A stretch of 64,000 bases of DNA from Orbicella franksi. Taxonomy: Eukaryota. The translations under genes and the position numbers were made by a program. Positions within the stretch are counted from its first letter, which is position 1. Every line of letters starts with the position of its first letter. The DNA lies in assembly GCA_964199315.1 (NCBI GenBank), contig OZ116703.1, positions 7,750,001-7,814,000 of the forward strand, given 5' to 3'. The notes below the pieces were generated by a model, which saw only the letters and a list, made by a program, of their open reading frames with translations, ran no database searches and had not been told where the DNA came from. Of this stretch, positions 37,401 through 50,005 are shown piece by piece.

Positions 37401-39132
37401 TGTCGGTAATAAAGATGTTAAATTTGCATGAATTTGCTCCCTAGGGCCAAGATTTAGTGTCCATTGTCTGTTTTAGGGAGGGTCTGTATTATAGAGGTTT
37501 TTTTTTATAGGAAATGTATGGGAATTTTGTCGGTACAGAGGAAACTGTCCGTATTAGAGAGGTGTCTGTATGGAGAGGTTCAACTGTATTGTGATTGTGA
37601 TTAAAACTAATAATTTAACTTTTGTTACATTTTGCAGTTTAAGCAGCACTATTTGGTTCAAAATATGTTTCGTTCATCAACATTATTACAACAAATTAAT
37701 GTTGCAAATTATTTTTTATAGTTCATCAGCAAACTTTTAAATGGTCTGTCATCAAACTTACAAAGTCAAGTTGGGACATTAATTCATGTGGTCTGAGAGT
37801 TTGCTGTCAAAACTTGTAAAACTTACAAAGGAATCACCGAGCATTTTTTGATTACCGGTAATCATCACCAATTTTATGAGAGATACAAGACTTATTTTAT
37901 ATCAGTAGAGAAAGTGACACTGCTTGCGTTCAAATGACAACAGCATTTGGTAATTTTAACAGGTACAGATCTATTGTCAAAGATCTTTGGTGGCGCCATT
38001 TCATGTCCATCTTAGTGTCTACTTTTCAACTTATGGGTGCCATCTTATATTGTACCACAGAGATTTATTGCGGCTTCAAACATGTTACAGTGGTAAGCAA
38101 AACACTCCACAGTACAGGTAAAGTCTCCAGTCTCTAAAAAAGATTGGAGAGCTGTTATTCTGATCATGGGAGTTATAACTAAATTTACCAAGGATCAAAA
38201 CAAAAAGTCTTCTTACTGATTGTCTCGTGTTTCTTTTATGTAAGTTCTGAGAATGTGGTTTTAGATCATTTTTAACAATTCAAGACAACGAGCCCGAGTT
38301 TTCTACGAGCAGATGGTCAATGAGGCACAGCCAAGTTGACTATCGCTCGTAGAAAACGAGGGTGAGTGATGTAATTGTTAAATTGCCTAAATTTAGCATA
38401 GTTTCACTGCATAAATTATGTTCAATTGCATGTAGAAAAGAACTGTTTTATTGTGAACATTACATCGACCAATTCAAATGGTTTCACACATTGTATGCAG
38501 TGTGCACCGATGCAAAAGAAAAAAAATCAAATGTACAGGAAGTAAATGTGTGTAACTGTTTTCTACCAGTAGAGCTAACCAACTGACAGACTCACAATAG
38601 ACTATGTTAAATTTATTCTTTAGGCAATAACTCATAGTTGACAATTTTCTTTATTGTGTAGTTCCAGAAAATATTAATACCTACCCCCACGGAAGGGATT
38701 TTTTTTCTAAGATGCCCCACCCCTCTGGAAATTCTAAGTTCTTTAATTGTTTTGGTCTTAGAGAACCCCCACCCCCAGGAAATCCCAATCCCTGCTGTGG
38801 CAAGGGTATGGATATTTTCTGGAACTACACATTGTTATGGCTTGTCATCTTGGCTATGTTTTGTTCTTGTTATGGGAAATTTGTCGTTGAGGGCAACAGA
38901 AAGTCAAAAAGGTAAATCTTATATGCTTGGCAACTTGAGGTTCATCTTTGTATTTCTACAGGACTGGCCACCTACCTTTGACAGTTTTGAAAAGGTTTTC
39001 TACTTCTGGACTATCTTTGTGTTTGCTAACAGTATCTGGATTGTTGTTCCAACCACTATCATGTTACAGACACTCTCAGAGATGGGGGGAATCTATAATC
39101 CTCCTCGCTCAAGTGCAAAGAAATGTAATTAA
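34415..39132 (+). CDS. Emopamil-binding protein family (EXPERA domain; EBP/EBPL-like) ER membrane protein, 213 aa, 4 exons
   Basis: Exons 34415-34608, 36811-36957, 37963-38092, 38962-39132; 642 nt in frame. Motifs W.LING.IH...DG, EYGKLDTRY, MELVIMGPL, RHF..ILVSTFQLMG, YFWTIFVFANSIWIVVP; C-terminal KKCN is a KKxx ER-retrieval signal. EBP versus EBPL is not resolved. Confidence 0.85.
35965..36790. mobile_element. Composite palindromic MITE
   Basis: Hairpin CACTTAATGACTGGCCCC...GGGGCCAGTCATTAAGTG (35975-36105); inverted GTTATACCTCCCGACTCAAA / TGAGTCAGGAGGTATAAC; tandem CCCTAGGGAGTTAGTGAGTTTTG x2. Confidence 0.7.
37141..37586. mobile_element. Tc1/mariner-type MITE (TA TSD)
   Basis: TA|CAGTTGAACCTCTC ... 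GAGAGGTTCAACTG|TA. Confidence 0.85.
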
Positions 39133-39306
39133 CCTTGGTACAAAGTCATAGTGTTGAGAGCTGTATAAGTGCTCAGTTGTGTTATAGCATTTGTTTGTTT
39201 GTTTACATTTTAATGTATTAAGCAGGATACCTGCTGTAATGTTTTAGATAGTACAACTATAATTGGCCATTTCACAGTTGTGTTCAGTTACCTGGTGCAT
39301 AAATAC

Positions 39307-39337
<31 letters not shown>

Positions 39338-40975
39338 CAGACCTCTCTGCTTTTGTTGTTCTTATGCTAACTAGTTTGAGAAAGGTCACATCAAAGTCCA
39401 CATCACTTAGCGGACAACTGGGCCTATGTAGGTGGTTGAAATTTCAGTGTATTCATCTTTCACTCCTTGCATGAGAACACCATTGAACATTTGGTTCCAT
39501 ACAATCATATTTAATTAAACTCTTACAGTAGTGCACAAGAATTTATTGACAAATGATGTAAATCCAATCACGAATAAAAAATACACTAAAATTGCTTAAT
39601 CACTCAGTGGGAGCCAGCCTCTTAATTGTTTTAATTTATATTATTTTGTTGATTTCTAACAATAAGGATTGTTTGCAGTCCAACTTGGCAAAAGCAGCAT
39701 TGCTCCAATTAACAAAAAGCACCAGCCCAATTTAATTTGGGTAACTGTAGAGTAATATAATAATAATTATCATTCTACAGTTGTCCTAATCAGTGTTGGA
39801 CCTAATCAGTGTTCAAAACTAAAATTTGACAGCACTCATCATTCAGGTGAGTGACTCCAAATTGACTTGCCGAGAATAATTTCCACTTGTCCAGAAAGAT
39901 CCCCCCCCTACCCCAGAAAGTCTCCACAATGATTCACAAATGCGTTTTTCGATATCCTGTAATCACGGAGGCCCTGCTTCAGTGCCATTTCGTGTTGAAT
40001 TTTCTTGTTCTGGTCCATTTTCAAGACACCTCCTTGGGATGACGGATCCATTTTGACTAGTGTTTTACCCTCGTATTTGTCATCAAATTTTGACACTCCT
40101 TGGAAATTTTTCACATTAGTGATTTCCATAGTTTTAACTGAAAAACAGCTTAACGAACTGCTGTGGTCAACTTGTCTGCACGTGGAAGACTGACGTTTTT
40201 CCTTCAATGAAAAATTATTATACTAAAAGACTTTTAAAAAACCCAAACATAACTACAACAAAGTCACTTAAACTCTCAAAGCAGTTTGTGTATCAAGAAA
40301 AATCTTCATGAGATTCGTTTCTTAGCGAGCAAACATCCTTGTTGCCATTGTGTGCCATCTTCACTAATAACTGTTGGCTCAACTAGAGACCAGCAGTGCA
40401 TATATCACTTCCTACATGTGTAACCATCATGTAAATTATCACAGGAGGAAGCTGCACTTCATTTTGTCTATTTTTGAAACATTATGTTGTGTATTACATT
40501 GGCAAATTACTTGGGCATCTTGGAAGATAAAAAAGATTAAAAAAAGCACTGGTAAGTTCTCGTTCTGAGATATTCTGGAAATAAAATGGAAAATAAAAAG
40601 GAATGTTATCAATCTTTAAGCTTAAAATAATATTTTCCCAAAAATGAAAATCGTATTCACCAAACGGATGAATGATCAATGACTTGTACTCGCCCAATGC
40701 TTTTCACATTCATAATAGTGAGTGGGTGAGCGCTAATTTCCACACTGGCCCTAATTTGAAATTATATTTGTTGAAGTCGCATGCAAACCAGAAAATTTCA
40801 CCCAAACACACTTATCACTCACTCATCCAGTGGGAACCATTTTAATTGTTTGGGTTTTTTTCAATTCAAAGTCATCTCATGTCAGTTTATTGGCTATCTG
40901 AAAATGGCTGTTCATTTATTACATTTGGTTTGCCATTGTTCATTTGGAGAATTGCAATTCTCATTGGCTGTCCTA

Positions 40976-41293
40976 TAGCCTGCAAACGCAGACGTATTTC
41001 CAGCTGTCACTTGGTTCCGCTGAAAAATAATGTCTGCGAACCCGAGCCAGAAAACGATTTCTGTGACATAGGAATTCTAAGCCAATCACAGTTTAGCTCA
41101 AATAACCCCAAAACTATTGCACGAGGTATTCGCTGCGAGGAGCACTCGAGTTTCATTCTATCGTGAAATCTGATTGGCCAAGGAGAAACAAAAGTCATTA
41201 CGTCACAGAAATCGTTTTCTGGCTCGGGTTCGCAGACGTTACTTTTCGACGGAACCAAGTGACAGCCGGAAATACGTCTGCGTTTGCAGGCTA
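40976..41293. mobile_element. TAGCCTG-family MITE with ~110-bp TIRs and a perfect 9-bp TSD
   Basis: GCTGTCCTA (40967-40975) | TAGCCTGCAAACGCAGACGTATTTCC ... GGAAATACGTCTGCGTTTGCAGGCTA | GCTGTCCTA (41294-41302). Confidence 0.9.
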
Positions 41294-41696
41294 GCTGTCC
41301 TACAGCTACATGTAGACCTCATAATTTTCAATTTCAGCCCTGCACATCTGCCAGTAAGTTGATCGCTTAAAGGCAAGTTATGATAATTTTAATGTATATG
41401 TTGTGGTTTAAGTTTGGTATTTTTCTTTGTTCTGGTTTATGATAATATATTGTATATGAAACAAAGGTAAATACCAAATTGTACAAGGGTAATAATAACA
41501 TGCAACATGTATATAAATAACCAAATTAATTCCCCCTGGAATTTCTAAGATTTTGTTACCACTGGGAAATTCTTAAGACGACTTCACTCTTTTATCAGAT
41601 AGTCCCCCACCCCCTGTTTGGCCCCAGGGTTCAACCCTAAGGGGAAGACGGTGATAGGCAGTTTTTTCTTTGATAAATAGTATCTTGATAGCATTA

Positions 41697-43232
41697 TTAG
41701 CCTTGCTGTTGTTGGCATTCTTCACCCAGCTTATCGTCAAGTGTTGGGTCCTTTAGACTTTTTATTCGTTCCATCTCTGCAACTGACCATAGATAGTGAT
41801 GCATCTCTACTTCTGCGATGTCCTGTTCATCTAGATCCTCCCTCTCGCCCTCAGGATCACACTGTGAACTCTGAAGATTACACATTCTTGACTCAAAGTA
41901 GCCATCCATCAGCTCTTCTTCAGAGTAGCCGTTCTTAAGGAGACTCTCAATAAGAATATCATTGTCATCTAAATCATTGTACTTTGCCGAATCATCTAAA
42001 GGACCTTCTGTACAGCTGTTATTGTGAATGCAAGCTGAGACATCTGAACTGTCAGTGCTTGGACCAGCTGTTTGTGTTGATGAGCTAGTTCCTGGTTGTA
42101 TCACAACCACTTCATCCTTGCTTTGGTGACTTGATACAGCGTTTGGGAGGGAATGGTCGCTGTCAGGTTTGCTAGATTCATTCGAGCTACACTCTTGTTG
42201 TCTTTGTTCTTTGTCTAATAACCGGGCCTTAGCCTTTTGTATCTTTGTCTTCCGATCCTGCTCGGTAATTTCTTTCTGTTTCATTCTGTTAGACTTGACT
42301 GTGGATAAATCCAGGTTTACGCAATTCTTGTGAAAATTGACTATGTCAATGATGTGCCTGGTAATGTACATCGGCTTCACAGATTGTGGTATCCAAGGTA
42401 CCTCTCTGGCGAGATCAACTAAACCTTTTCTCGCATTTTTTGTTTGGTTTGCCACCTGCGCCTTTGTCACAGAATGTTTTCCTAACACTTCTGCAATCTT
42501 TTCCTTGCTGGGGGTAATGTTCTTACACTCCAAAACCAGAAGCACCAGACACGTGGCTGCTGCGGGATGATTTCTTCCTCCTATTAAATTGAAGTATTTA
42601 AAAATGTGCCACAGGTCGAGGCAAAGCTTCTCGCAGGACTTGTCCGCCACAGACAACTGTGAAAGGACGCTTATCACCATGGACTCGACACCAACATATT
42701 CGAGCTTGATGTCGAGTGCCTGCAGAAGAATTTTCACAGATCTTCCAAGTATAAACATGTTGCATTCTGCAACTTCAGCCATGCGTTTGTATGTTAACTG
42801 CAAGTTATTCTGTCTGCATACGATGAACAAACAGCAAGCGGTAAGGACGTTTCTCCGGCGTGAAATGCGTCGAATTTCCCCAGAGTTGACTTTTGGTGCA
42901 ACGGTGTTTAACAAGAGTTGCCGTGCTTCGTTGAGAATTTCGTTAGACAGGTTCATGCGCTTTCCCTGAAGGTATAGGCACTTCTGAAGGAGTTTTTCTG
43001 TTACTGAAGTGTCGCTTGTTGGCAATCGTTGCCTTACCTCTTTAGACAACTCGTAACGACCATCAAATCTCGCTGTACCGTCAACGTTCATATAAGTCCA
43101 GCCACCTGAACTGTCGGCTTCACAGCTGAATACTCTGCTCTCGACCACAGCTCCACATTCATGACACACTAACTCTCCTCCTGGTTCCGTATCAACCGCT
43201 ATTTCATGGCAAGAGGGACATTCAGACGGCAT
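41697..43232 (-). CDS. BRF2: TFIIB-related factor BRF2 (TFIIIB 50-kDa subunit), 511 aa, single exon
   Basis: Start at CAAAATG (43232; the track's TTG start adds 16 aa). Zn ribbon CPSC-x15-CHECG; cyclin-fold NVLTACCLFIVCRQNNLQLT (human [20 protein letters not shown]); LIGGRNHP; LAREVPWI; C-terminal DEQDIAEVEMHHYL (human DENISDSEIEQYL). Confidence 0.88.
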   Translation of the reverse strand: MPSECPSCHEIAVDTEPGGELVCHECGAVVESRVFSCEADSSGGWTYMNVDGTARFDGRYELSKEVRQRLPTSDTSVTEKLLQKCLYLQGKRMNLSNEILNEARQLLLNTVAPKVNSGEIRRISRRRNVLTACCLFIVCRQNNLQLTYKRMAEVAECNMFILGRSVKILLQALDIKLEYVGVESMVISVLSQLSVADKSCEKLCLDLWHIFKYFNLIGGRNHPAAATCLVLLVLECKNITPSKEKIAEVLGKHSVTKAQVANQTKNARKGLVDLAREVPWIPQSVKPMYITRHIIDIVNFHKNCVNLDLSTVKSNRMKQKEITEQDRKTKIQKAKARLLDKEQRQQECSSNESSKPDSDHSLPNAVSSHQSKDEVVVIQPGTSSSTQTAGPSTDSSDVSACIHNNSCTEGPLDDSAKYNDLDDNDILIESLLKNGYSEEELMDGYFESRMCNLQSSQCDPEGEREDLDEQDIAEVEMHHYLWSVAEMERIKSLKDPTLDDKLGEECQQQQG

Positions 43233-43599
43233 TTTGGTCGTACAGTTGCACAGTTGCCAAAATAATCTGAAAAACGTCAAACGTCCAGTAAACGAAATCT
43301 TGCTTTAATGTCCCAGGCGTTCGAAGACACTAGTGCCAATCCCCTTTATTACTAGTTCCAGTCTCTTTCAAAAAAGTCACCTGAGCTGATCGTGATGGGC
43401 CGTGTGCTCACGTGGCAGGCGTTCGCTAAACAGAAAAGACCTTATCGCAGTTTATGTTCAATTTTTTTTTAAAAAATAAGGAGGAAATCTCCTGATTCGT
43501 TATACATATATATTTTTTGAAACATTGACTGCATGCTGTGTCAGGTAATGAGTTAATTTCGTCAGAAATGCAAGAAAAAACAACGTGTCTGCAAGAAAC

Positions 43600-44280
43600 T
43601 AGGGCTTTCCACAAGTTGCTCAGCAACCTTTTGGCAACTTCTTGCATTTCGAGGAACTTCTTCGTTTCAAGCAACTTTCTGCATTCTGAGCAATTTCTAG
43701 TTTTCTATCAATTCTGAGAAATCGGAGCAGCTTTTAGTGCTTAAATTGGCCATGCTTCCAAATTTCACAATGTTTTAGTAGACAATTTATTAATTTCCTG
43801 TGAAAAAGAAGCCAGATCCCCCTCCCAACTGTTGCAGATCATGGGTGCGAGATGCATGCAGCGGCCTGCTAGGTCAGCGGGTTTTTTTTTTTTTTTTTTT
43901 TTAAATCAAAATGGCGGACGAAGATTCACACTCGACTGAATGAGGTGAACAATTTTTACAAGATTAATATTCATATTGATGCATGGTCTTTATTCATATA
44001 TTTTTTGGTTTTAATTGAGGACAAAGTTATTTAGCAACGCTGGTTACGCCGCAAAATTGTGCAAAAATTGTTAGAAATCTTACTTTTGTTGTACTTTTGA
44101 AACAGACCAAATAAAGGAACAGAGCAACAAAATGTTTTGTTTTTGTTTGTGTGGGGTAACTTTTGAGCAACTAACAACTTTTGACTTTTTTTTGAGCAAC
44201 TTTTGAGAAATTGCGGTCAAATTTTTGCCGGAATCTCGAGAAACATGAAACTTAGCATAGCTGCAGGGTTTTCAGCGAAA
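43600..44280. mobile_element. Non-autonomous element with GAGCAACT subterminal repeats (hAT-like)
   Basis: AGGGCTTTCCACAAGTTGCTC start; multiple GCAACT(T) motifs near both ends. Extent approximate. Confidence 0.5.
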
Positions 44281-47200
44281 AAGTGTTAACAATTAGTTAA
44301 GACTTTTTGTATAGAGAGGCAAACTTCTGTTTAAGTGGGTTGCTTTGACGTTTATAATTAGGCCGTCGCACAGCTAAGTGAAGAGCCCAAAAGAGCAGAA
44401 TTGAGGGCCCTGAAAGGTAAAGTGGGGGAGAGGGGGCGGGAGGAGAGGTATAAATCCAATTTCCCACCCATTCTTGATTTTTAGCCAAATCCCAGTTAAA
44501 TATCCAGCTTTTATTTGAGATTCTCAGCTCCAGTGACCAGCCAAGTCCCATTTTTCCAATGAAAAAATACGGAAAAAGCCAGTTCTCATTTTACCCATTC
44601 AGGCGCTTGAGCCCCCAAAATTAGACCGGCACGTACGGCTGAAATTGCAAGCTTCTAGACAGAAGTGGTAGTTAAGGCATGTTTGAAGCCTTATTTAGCT
44701 TCAGTTTCCGCCTATCGTTAATTAGACAGTCCCTGTGAGGTCAACCAGATGCGTGTTTTCCTAATAGTTAGTCAGCAGATTTTATTAAGGCCAATTAAAC
44801 ATCAGAGCCGTGTTCACACGGGCAAAGCCTCATACCTGAGGTAGTTTTAAAAATCGTCTAACTTTCTTGACTGCTACTTTTTTTAACTGGATAAAAAATA
44901 TGACTTTTGAGATGTTCAGTTTTAAATGGCCATAGCTGTAGATATCGCAGTACCTTTGAGATGTAAGCATAAGTCGCAGCATGAAGACCCCAGACAGAGC
45001 TTTTAAAAAGCCTGAAAAAACGGGGGTTCGATGGAACAGTCTTCAAGGACAGATCAATTGTAAAAATGTCAGTTTAAAACTGAATGATGGCGCGGTACAT
45101 CTATGGAAAAAGGAAAATTGAACCACGCCCTTGTTTCGGTATTTTAAGGGTTCTTTCTAAAATTACGTTAGGGTTATCTTCGGTTTTTTTTTTTTTTTCA
45201 GGGTAGGTCTAACGTTAATTTCGTTGATAAAAGATTGCTCACCGTCCATCAACAAAATAAAACAACTGTAACAAACTTATATGGCACGAACGTGGTTATA
45301 TTAGTTTTCCTTTCTAAATATCTTCTACTCGTGGTGCCGTGAAATACTGACATCGAATGACAGTTTCAAAACTAAACCATTTCCAACCATCAGTCAAGGA
45401 ACTTGACTAACTTCGCAAAATCTGCTGGGCCATGTAAAATGAAGGCGAGAAAAGGCTAAAATGTCCTCTGGCATCAGAAAGATGCTGAATTTTCCTTAAA
45501 TCTCTTCCACTGCTTGTTCGTGCGACGCTTAATTTTATTGACAAAGGAAGGCAGGGAAGGAATTATCATGAGTGAAAGGAGGAGATAGTTCCGCGTGGAC
45601 AAGACGTGATAACCCACGCGGCGTTCTTTGAGAGTCTAGACATAACATTGAATATTTTTAGAAGGTCACATTAAAGGTTGCTTTTGAAGATTGCGTCTTA
45701 AAAGTGAAATCTCTGGTTCTATGGATTGTAATTTGTTTTGCATTTGGTCATGTCTAAGCTAAAACTTTGCTTAACTCTTGCTGAAAAGATCTAGTTTTAT
45801 GTTTTGCAGAGAGTCAAGATAGCTGAGAGGAATAAGTTTGTCAGTACACTGATCGTGATGAATCGTAGTTTCGGTATTATCCCCGATACCCTTGAATTTC
45901 CGTTTGTGGGCGTTGCCGGTTGATAAAATTAACTCATGGTGGGGTAGAGCGGGCAGAAAAAGCAAACAGACGTTCTCAAACAGCTTCACTGACTTCCGAA
46001 GCGTGAAAGAGAGAACGTACAATCTTCGTGTGTGTCAATCCTTAGAACGATGCAAACAATGGCGTGAACTGTTGCGTTTGAATTGAACGAGAATTTGGAC
46101 TGTTACCGACGGATTAGTTCGTCTCCGACAGACTGCACTGATCGTTTTCAGGGGAATCGTCTGCACTCGAATTCGTTACAATGAAAACTTTTCGCTAAGC
46201 AGATCGTAAATAAATCGGAAATGAATTCTAACTGACATTATTTCACCCCTAATAACACCATATTTCCACAGTTTTCATATCCTTTTCAAAATGGCGGTAA
46301 AGAAAACTTAAAAATCAGCCTCGTGTACAGTTTTTGCCACATGTATTTTCTCGCTTTTAACTCGACTGTCGAAAAAGAATAAGACTGGATGCACGCCAAT
46401 AATGAAAACGAAAGTCAACACAAACAAATTTTTATCATTGTTTACACACATCAGACTTTGTTTTTTTTACCAAGACGAGCTCGCGTCAGTTCCTTTTAGA
46501 GACTGGCTACATGTAGTTAGTAGACTTGCCTTCAAATCGAACTGCAAATGGGGAGCTCGGAGCGAGAAAACGTCCGTGATGCTCAAAATCCGAGTGCGAA
46601 GAATGCGGGGTAGGGACAAGTAGCACAAGCTCGTCTTTGGCGGAGGAGACTATAGACAACCGCGAAGGCGTAGAGAAAGTCCTTGCTAGTTACATGCGAA
46701 GGCGAATTGAAATTAATTAATTTAAGAGTACGATTTTTTTAAAACTTTAATCGTTGACACAAAATCTTATTGGCACTTAATTCATCGCATTATTAATGTA
46801 ATCCACCATGAAAAGTCTTCATTGAGGCGTTTTAAACTCGAAAATATACTGCGCAGAAACTGGAATTAGACGCATTTTTTTAATATTGCGCACGCGCCAA
46901 CCTCAGTCCTGGAGGCCGCGATCCTTTTGGCCAGCACCAACAGTTACGTGACCTAAAATGCACGGGCTGTGGGGACGAGAGAAAGTTATAAATATCGTAA
47001 AATTAAAAGGGTCACTCAAATTAACTTTACAAAACGTTGATGGAAACTAAACTTATGCCCTGCGTTACAGTCAGAGACAAAATAGAGAGATTGTGCAGGA
47101 ACGAGAGAGGTGCATTCCAGGGACCATTCCAGACTTTAATTTAGGATGCATCAACAGGAATTCACCTGCAGTTCACGTGTATTCACATGCAGTTCACGTG

Positions 47201-50005
47201 CAATGCGAAGTGAGATTTACCAAAATAACACAGTTATAGCCTGACGTAATTTGCACGAGCCCGGCAGAGGAATTGCTTGAAATGGCAGCTAGTTTAGTCT
47301 GTGGTGTCACTTATCCACCAAGCACATATGTTTTAAATTTTCGTTTTAATTTCTGTTCCATTTATAATCTCTTCCTCATTCGTCTTTCTGGTGCTGCAGA
47401 CAGCTGAGAAGTCAGTGCCCTTCGAACTCCTCGGTTTTCCGGTTGAACTATCTTTTTAAATCTAAATCACAATCCTGATTAAAATCTACACTGATGAGAG
47501 AAAAGCCGATTGAATTTGTGCCTAAAAATTTCAGGGTTACGTTGCTCTGTCGACAAAACATGGGCTACGTAGGTATGTGCCGCGAAATAAGGTGTGGTTT
47601 TTGAGGTTCTAGATCCTTAAATATGGAATCACTTTTGCCCCTGTTGGTTTTTGTTTTCGATGAACACATATGTACCCCTTAAATAGGGTACCTAAATTGT
47701 ATCAGCTTAAATTGCAATGCTTAAACGCCCATCCAAACGGAAAACAAATGATCTTTTAAAACTGAACTTTCCAAAACAAAGTTGACCCTTTCACGTTATT
47801 CTTAGTTTTTGTTTTTCCCGTAAATAACGCATCAAGTTTCATTCGCTTCATCTTTAAATAGGAACAGGGCTTAAGACCGCACCCTTCACGAAACCAAGAG
47901 ATTATGGTCATAACTTGATCTCTTGCCGAAATTTAGCGAAGTACCCCCTTCCCCCGGGATGCTGTTTACGTCTAAATACTTAGCGAAATGAACTATGAAT
48001 TTTCTTCTCCGCTGTTCGTTGGTCAGTTAAGGTCTACAGAACTATGGTAGAGTAAAGTCCACTTCGAAAATGCGAATGATGAATGTGTGTGACATACATG
48101 TGGCTCCACGAATCTCAAACTTAAAGACAACAACAATGCTTTATTTACTCTAGACACTTTTGCATAGAATATTACAATAACTTAGGGAAAAGATATGTGC
48201 TTAAAGTCGAGCCAGGGGGATAAATGAACCTTGTGGTTTCCGAGTTATCTCCCTGCCTTTTACGTGCAAAACACGTAAGAGGGAGCTCAGACATGATTTT
48301 TTTTTAGTTATTTTGACGGATTTCAAACGACGAAATTGAAATATTTTCGCTAAACTTTAAGCCATCGTGAATGCGGTCTTCAACCGACGGAGTTTCCGCG
48401 ACTTAATTCCCTTGGCCCGCTATAATCCGTCGATCCATCCGCTCAGGAAGAATTAAACGCTTTACCGGTTTAATCTACTGTTAAAAGGAGTACTTTTATG
48501 CCTTAAATTGTGCAAACAAATCTCTCTGTGTTATTGTTGGCAAACCCGACCACACTTGGTTTTTCCTCTTTGGCGTCGCGAAAACGCCCCCTTCACGGTA
48601 TTTCAAGAGGTGAGAAAAAGCTGTACTCTGACATCGGAATCAAAGTACATTTTCTGGAATTCAGGCAATTTGCGCCAAGAGCTTGCTTCAGGTTAAATAT
48701 AAAATAGTTAAACAAAAAATGGACTAACAAGGAAACTTGACCCCTCTTATGTGGATTCGTCCAGGTGGTTTTCAAGTGCTCACTATCGTGTCTGGCCCTG
48801 ACCTCGGTAGGAGTACATCACGTCCTTTGAATTCCGTTTGAGCTTAAGTCAGGACTTGTTCACTGTTTCCAAATTACTGATAAATCGAACGAAACAGTAG
48901 TCAAATGCTGATAACGTATTTATAACGGGTTTTTTCCATTCGCGCGCAAGATTATCTCTTCCAGGTCAAGGATAAGCTGTCTTTGGTAAAATTAACGCCT
49001 TGTAACGCTGACGGAAAAATTTAGAAACCGCAGCCGAAACACAGACAGTCGATATTTGCAGAGTTTATATTCTGAGGTTGTTAAGGTTATTTAAGCATGG
49101 ATTCCAATCAGAATTACAAGCTTGTTTTGATTTAAAAAACTCTCTCTCCCCTCAATGAAATAAGATGGCTTTATATGAAACTTCACTTTGACTGCAAAAA
49201 TGTGGGAAAAAGTGTTTATAAACCTTCTGCCGCCGCTACTTATTTTCTAAAAAGAATTTGACTTTCGTTTGGAACTCGTGACAACTTCAAAGGATGCCGT
49301 TAACGCCTTTACATTATTTTTTTTTTTTGGTAAAAAAAGACTCGCTGAGGTCAACTATTCATTCTAACGAAACTGCGAAATCTGCTCGTCAAATTAGGCT
49401 GAAAGTATGTAAACAACGTTTACTATTTAAAAACCACAGAAAATTCACGAGTCTCCCGCCACGAGCACTAAACGATATCCGTCCAAAACGAAATTGAATT
49501 TCCGAAAAGGGTTGGCAAACACTTTCATGTTTAGCGAATTCAGGACTCAATTCTTCTCTCGGACTTTAACCTTTTGACACGCCTGCATGTTTATATGCTT
49601 GCCACAGCCTTCTAAAGCAGAAGAGAACGTAATCATATGACAAGAAGGAGACGTTTTCAACGAGTGCAACTGTTGTTTCATTTGAAAATTGTTTCGTCGC
49701 ATGCAAATTTTGGCGTAAATATTCAAGAAGGAAACATTTCTTGGCAAGAATTCGGAAACAGCGATTGACATGGGATAAACAGATATTTAATATCGTTTGG
49801 AGGTCTGGCAATGTCATCATACAGAATTGACACAATTGACCTGGGCCGGCTCTGAATACTACATAAATCATCGTGTATAAATATCTAAACTCCAGATCAA
49901 CAGCAAACTGTTTCACTGCGAAGGGAGGTCGCCCGCAGCCGTCTTCAAAAATACTTCAGCACTCCGCAATCGTCGACGATTCCCTCTGGCGATCGACTTT
50001 TCAAG

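Noticed and set aside
41741-42969. Plus-strand ORFs inside BRF2
   Set aside because: Antisense shadows of the BRF2 coding sequence.
2287-43232. Functional gene cluster (KMT5B-ZDHHC17-EBP-like-BRF2)
   Set aside because: The genes have unrelated functions and there is no sequence evidence of co-regulation; adjacency alone is not informative.
43233-43280. 16-aa N-terminal extension of BRF2 from the ORF track
   Set aside because: It begins at TTG; the ATG at 43232 has a Kozak context and directly precedes the Zn ribbon.
43911-43943. AAAATGGCGGACG as the start of a gene divergent from BRF2
   Set aside because: It stops after 10 codons (MADEDSHSTE*) and lies inside a repeat; the motif is common in these MITEs.
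47489-47510. CTGATGAG...GAAA as another hammerhead (also 63356, 22558)
   Set aside because: No stem II can form between the core and GAAA, or GAAA is absent.
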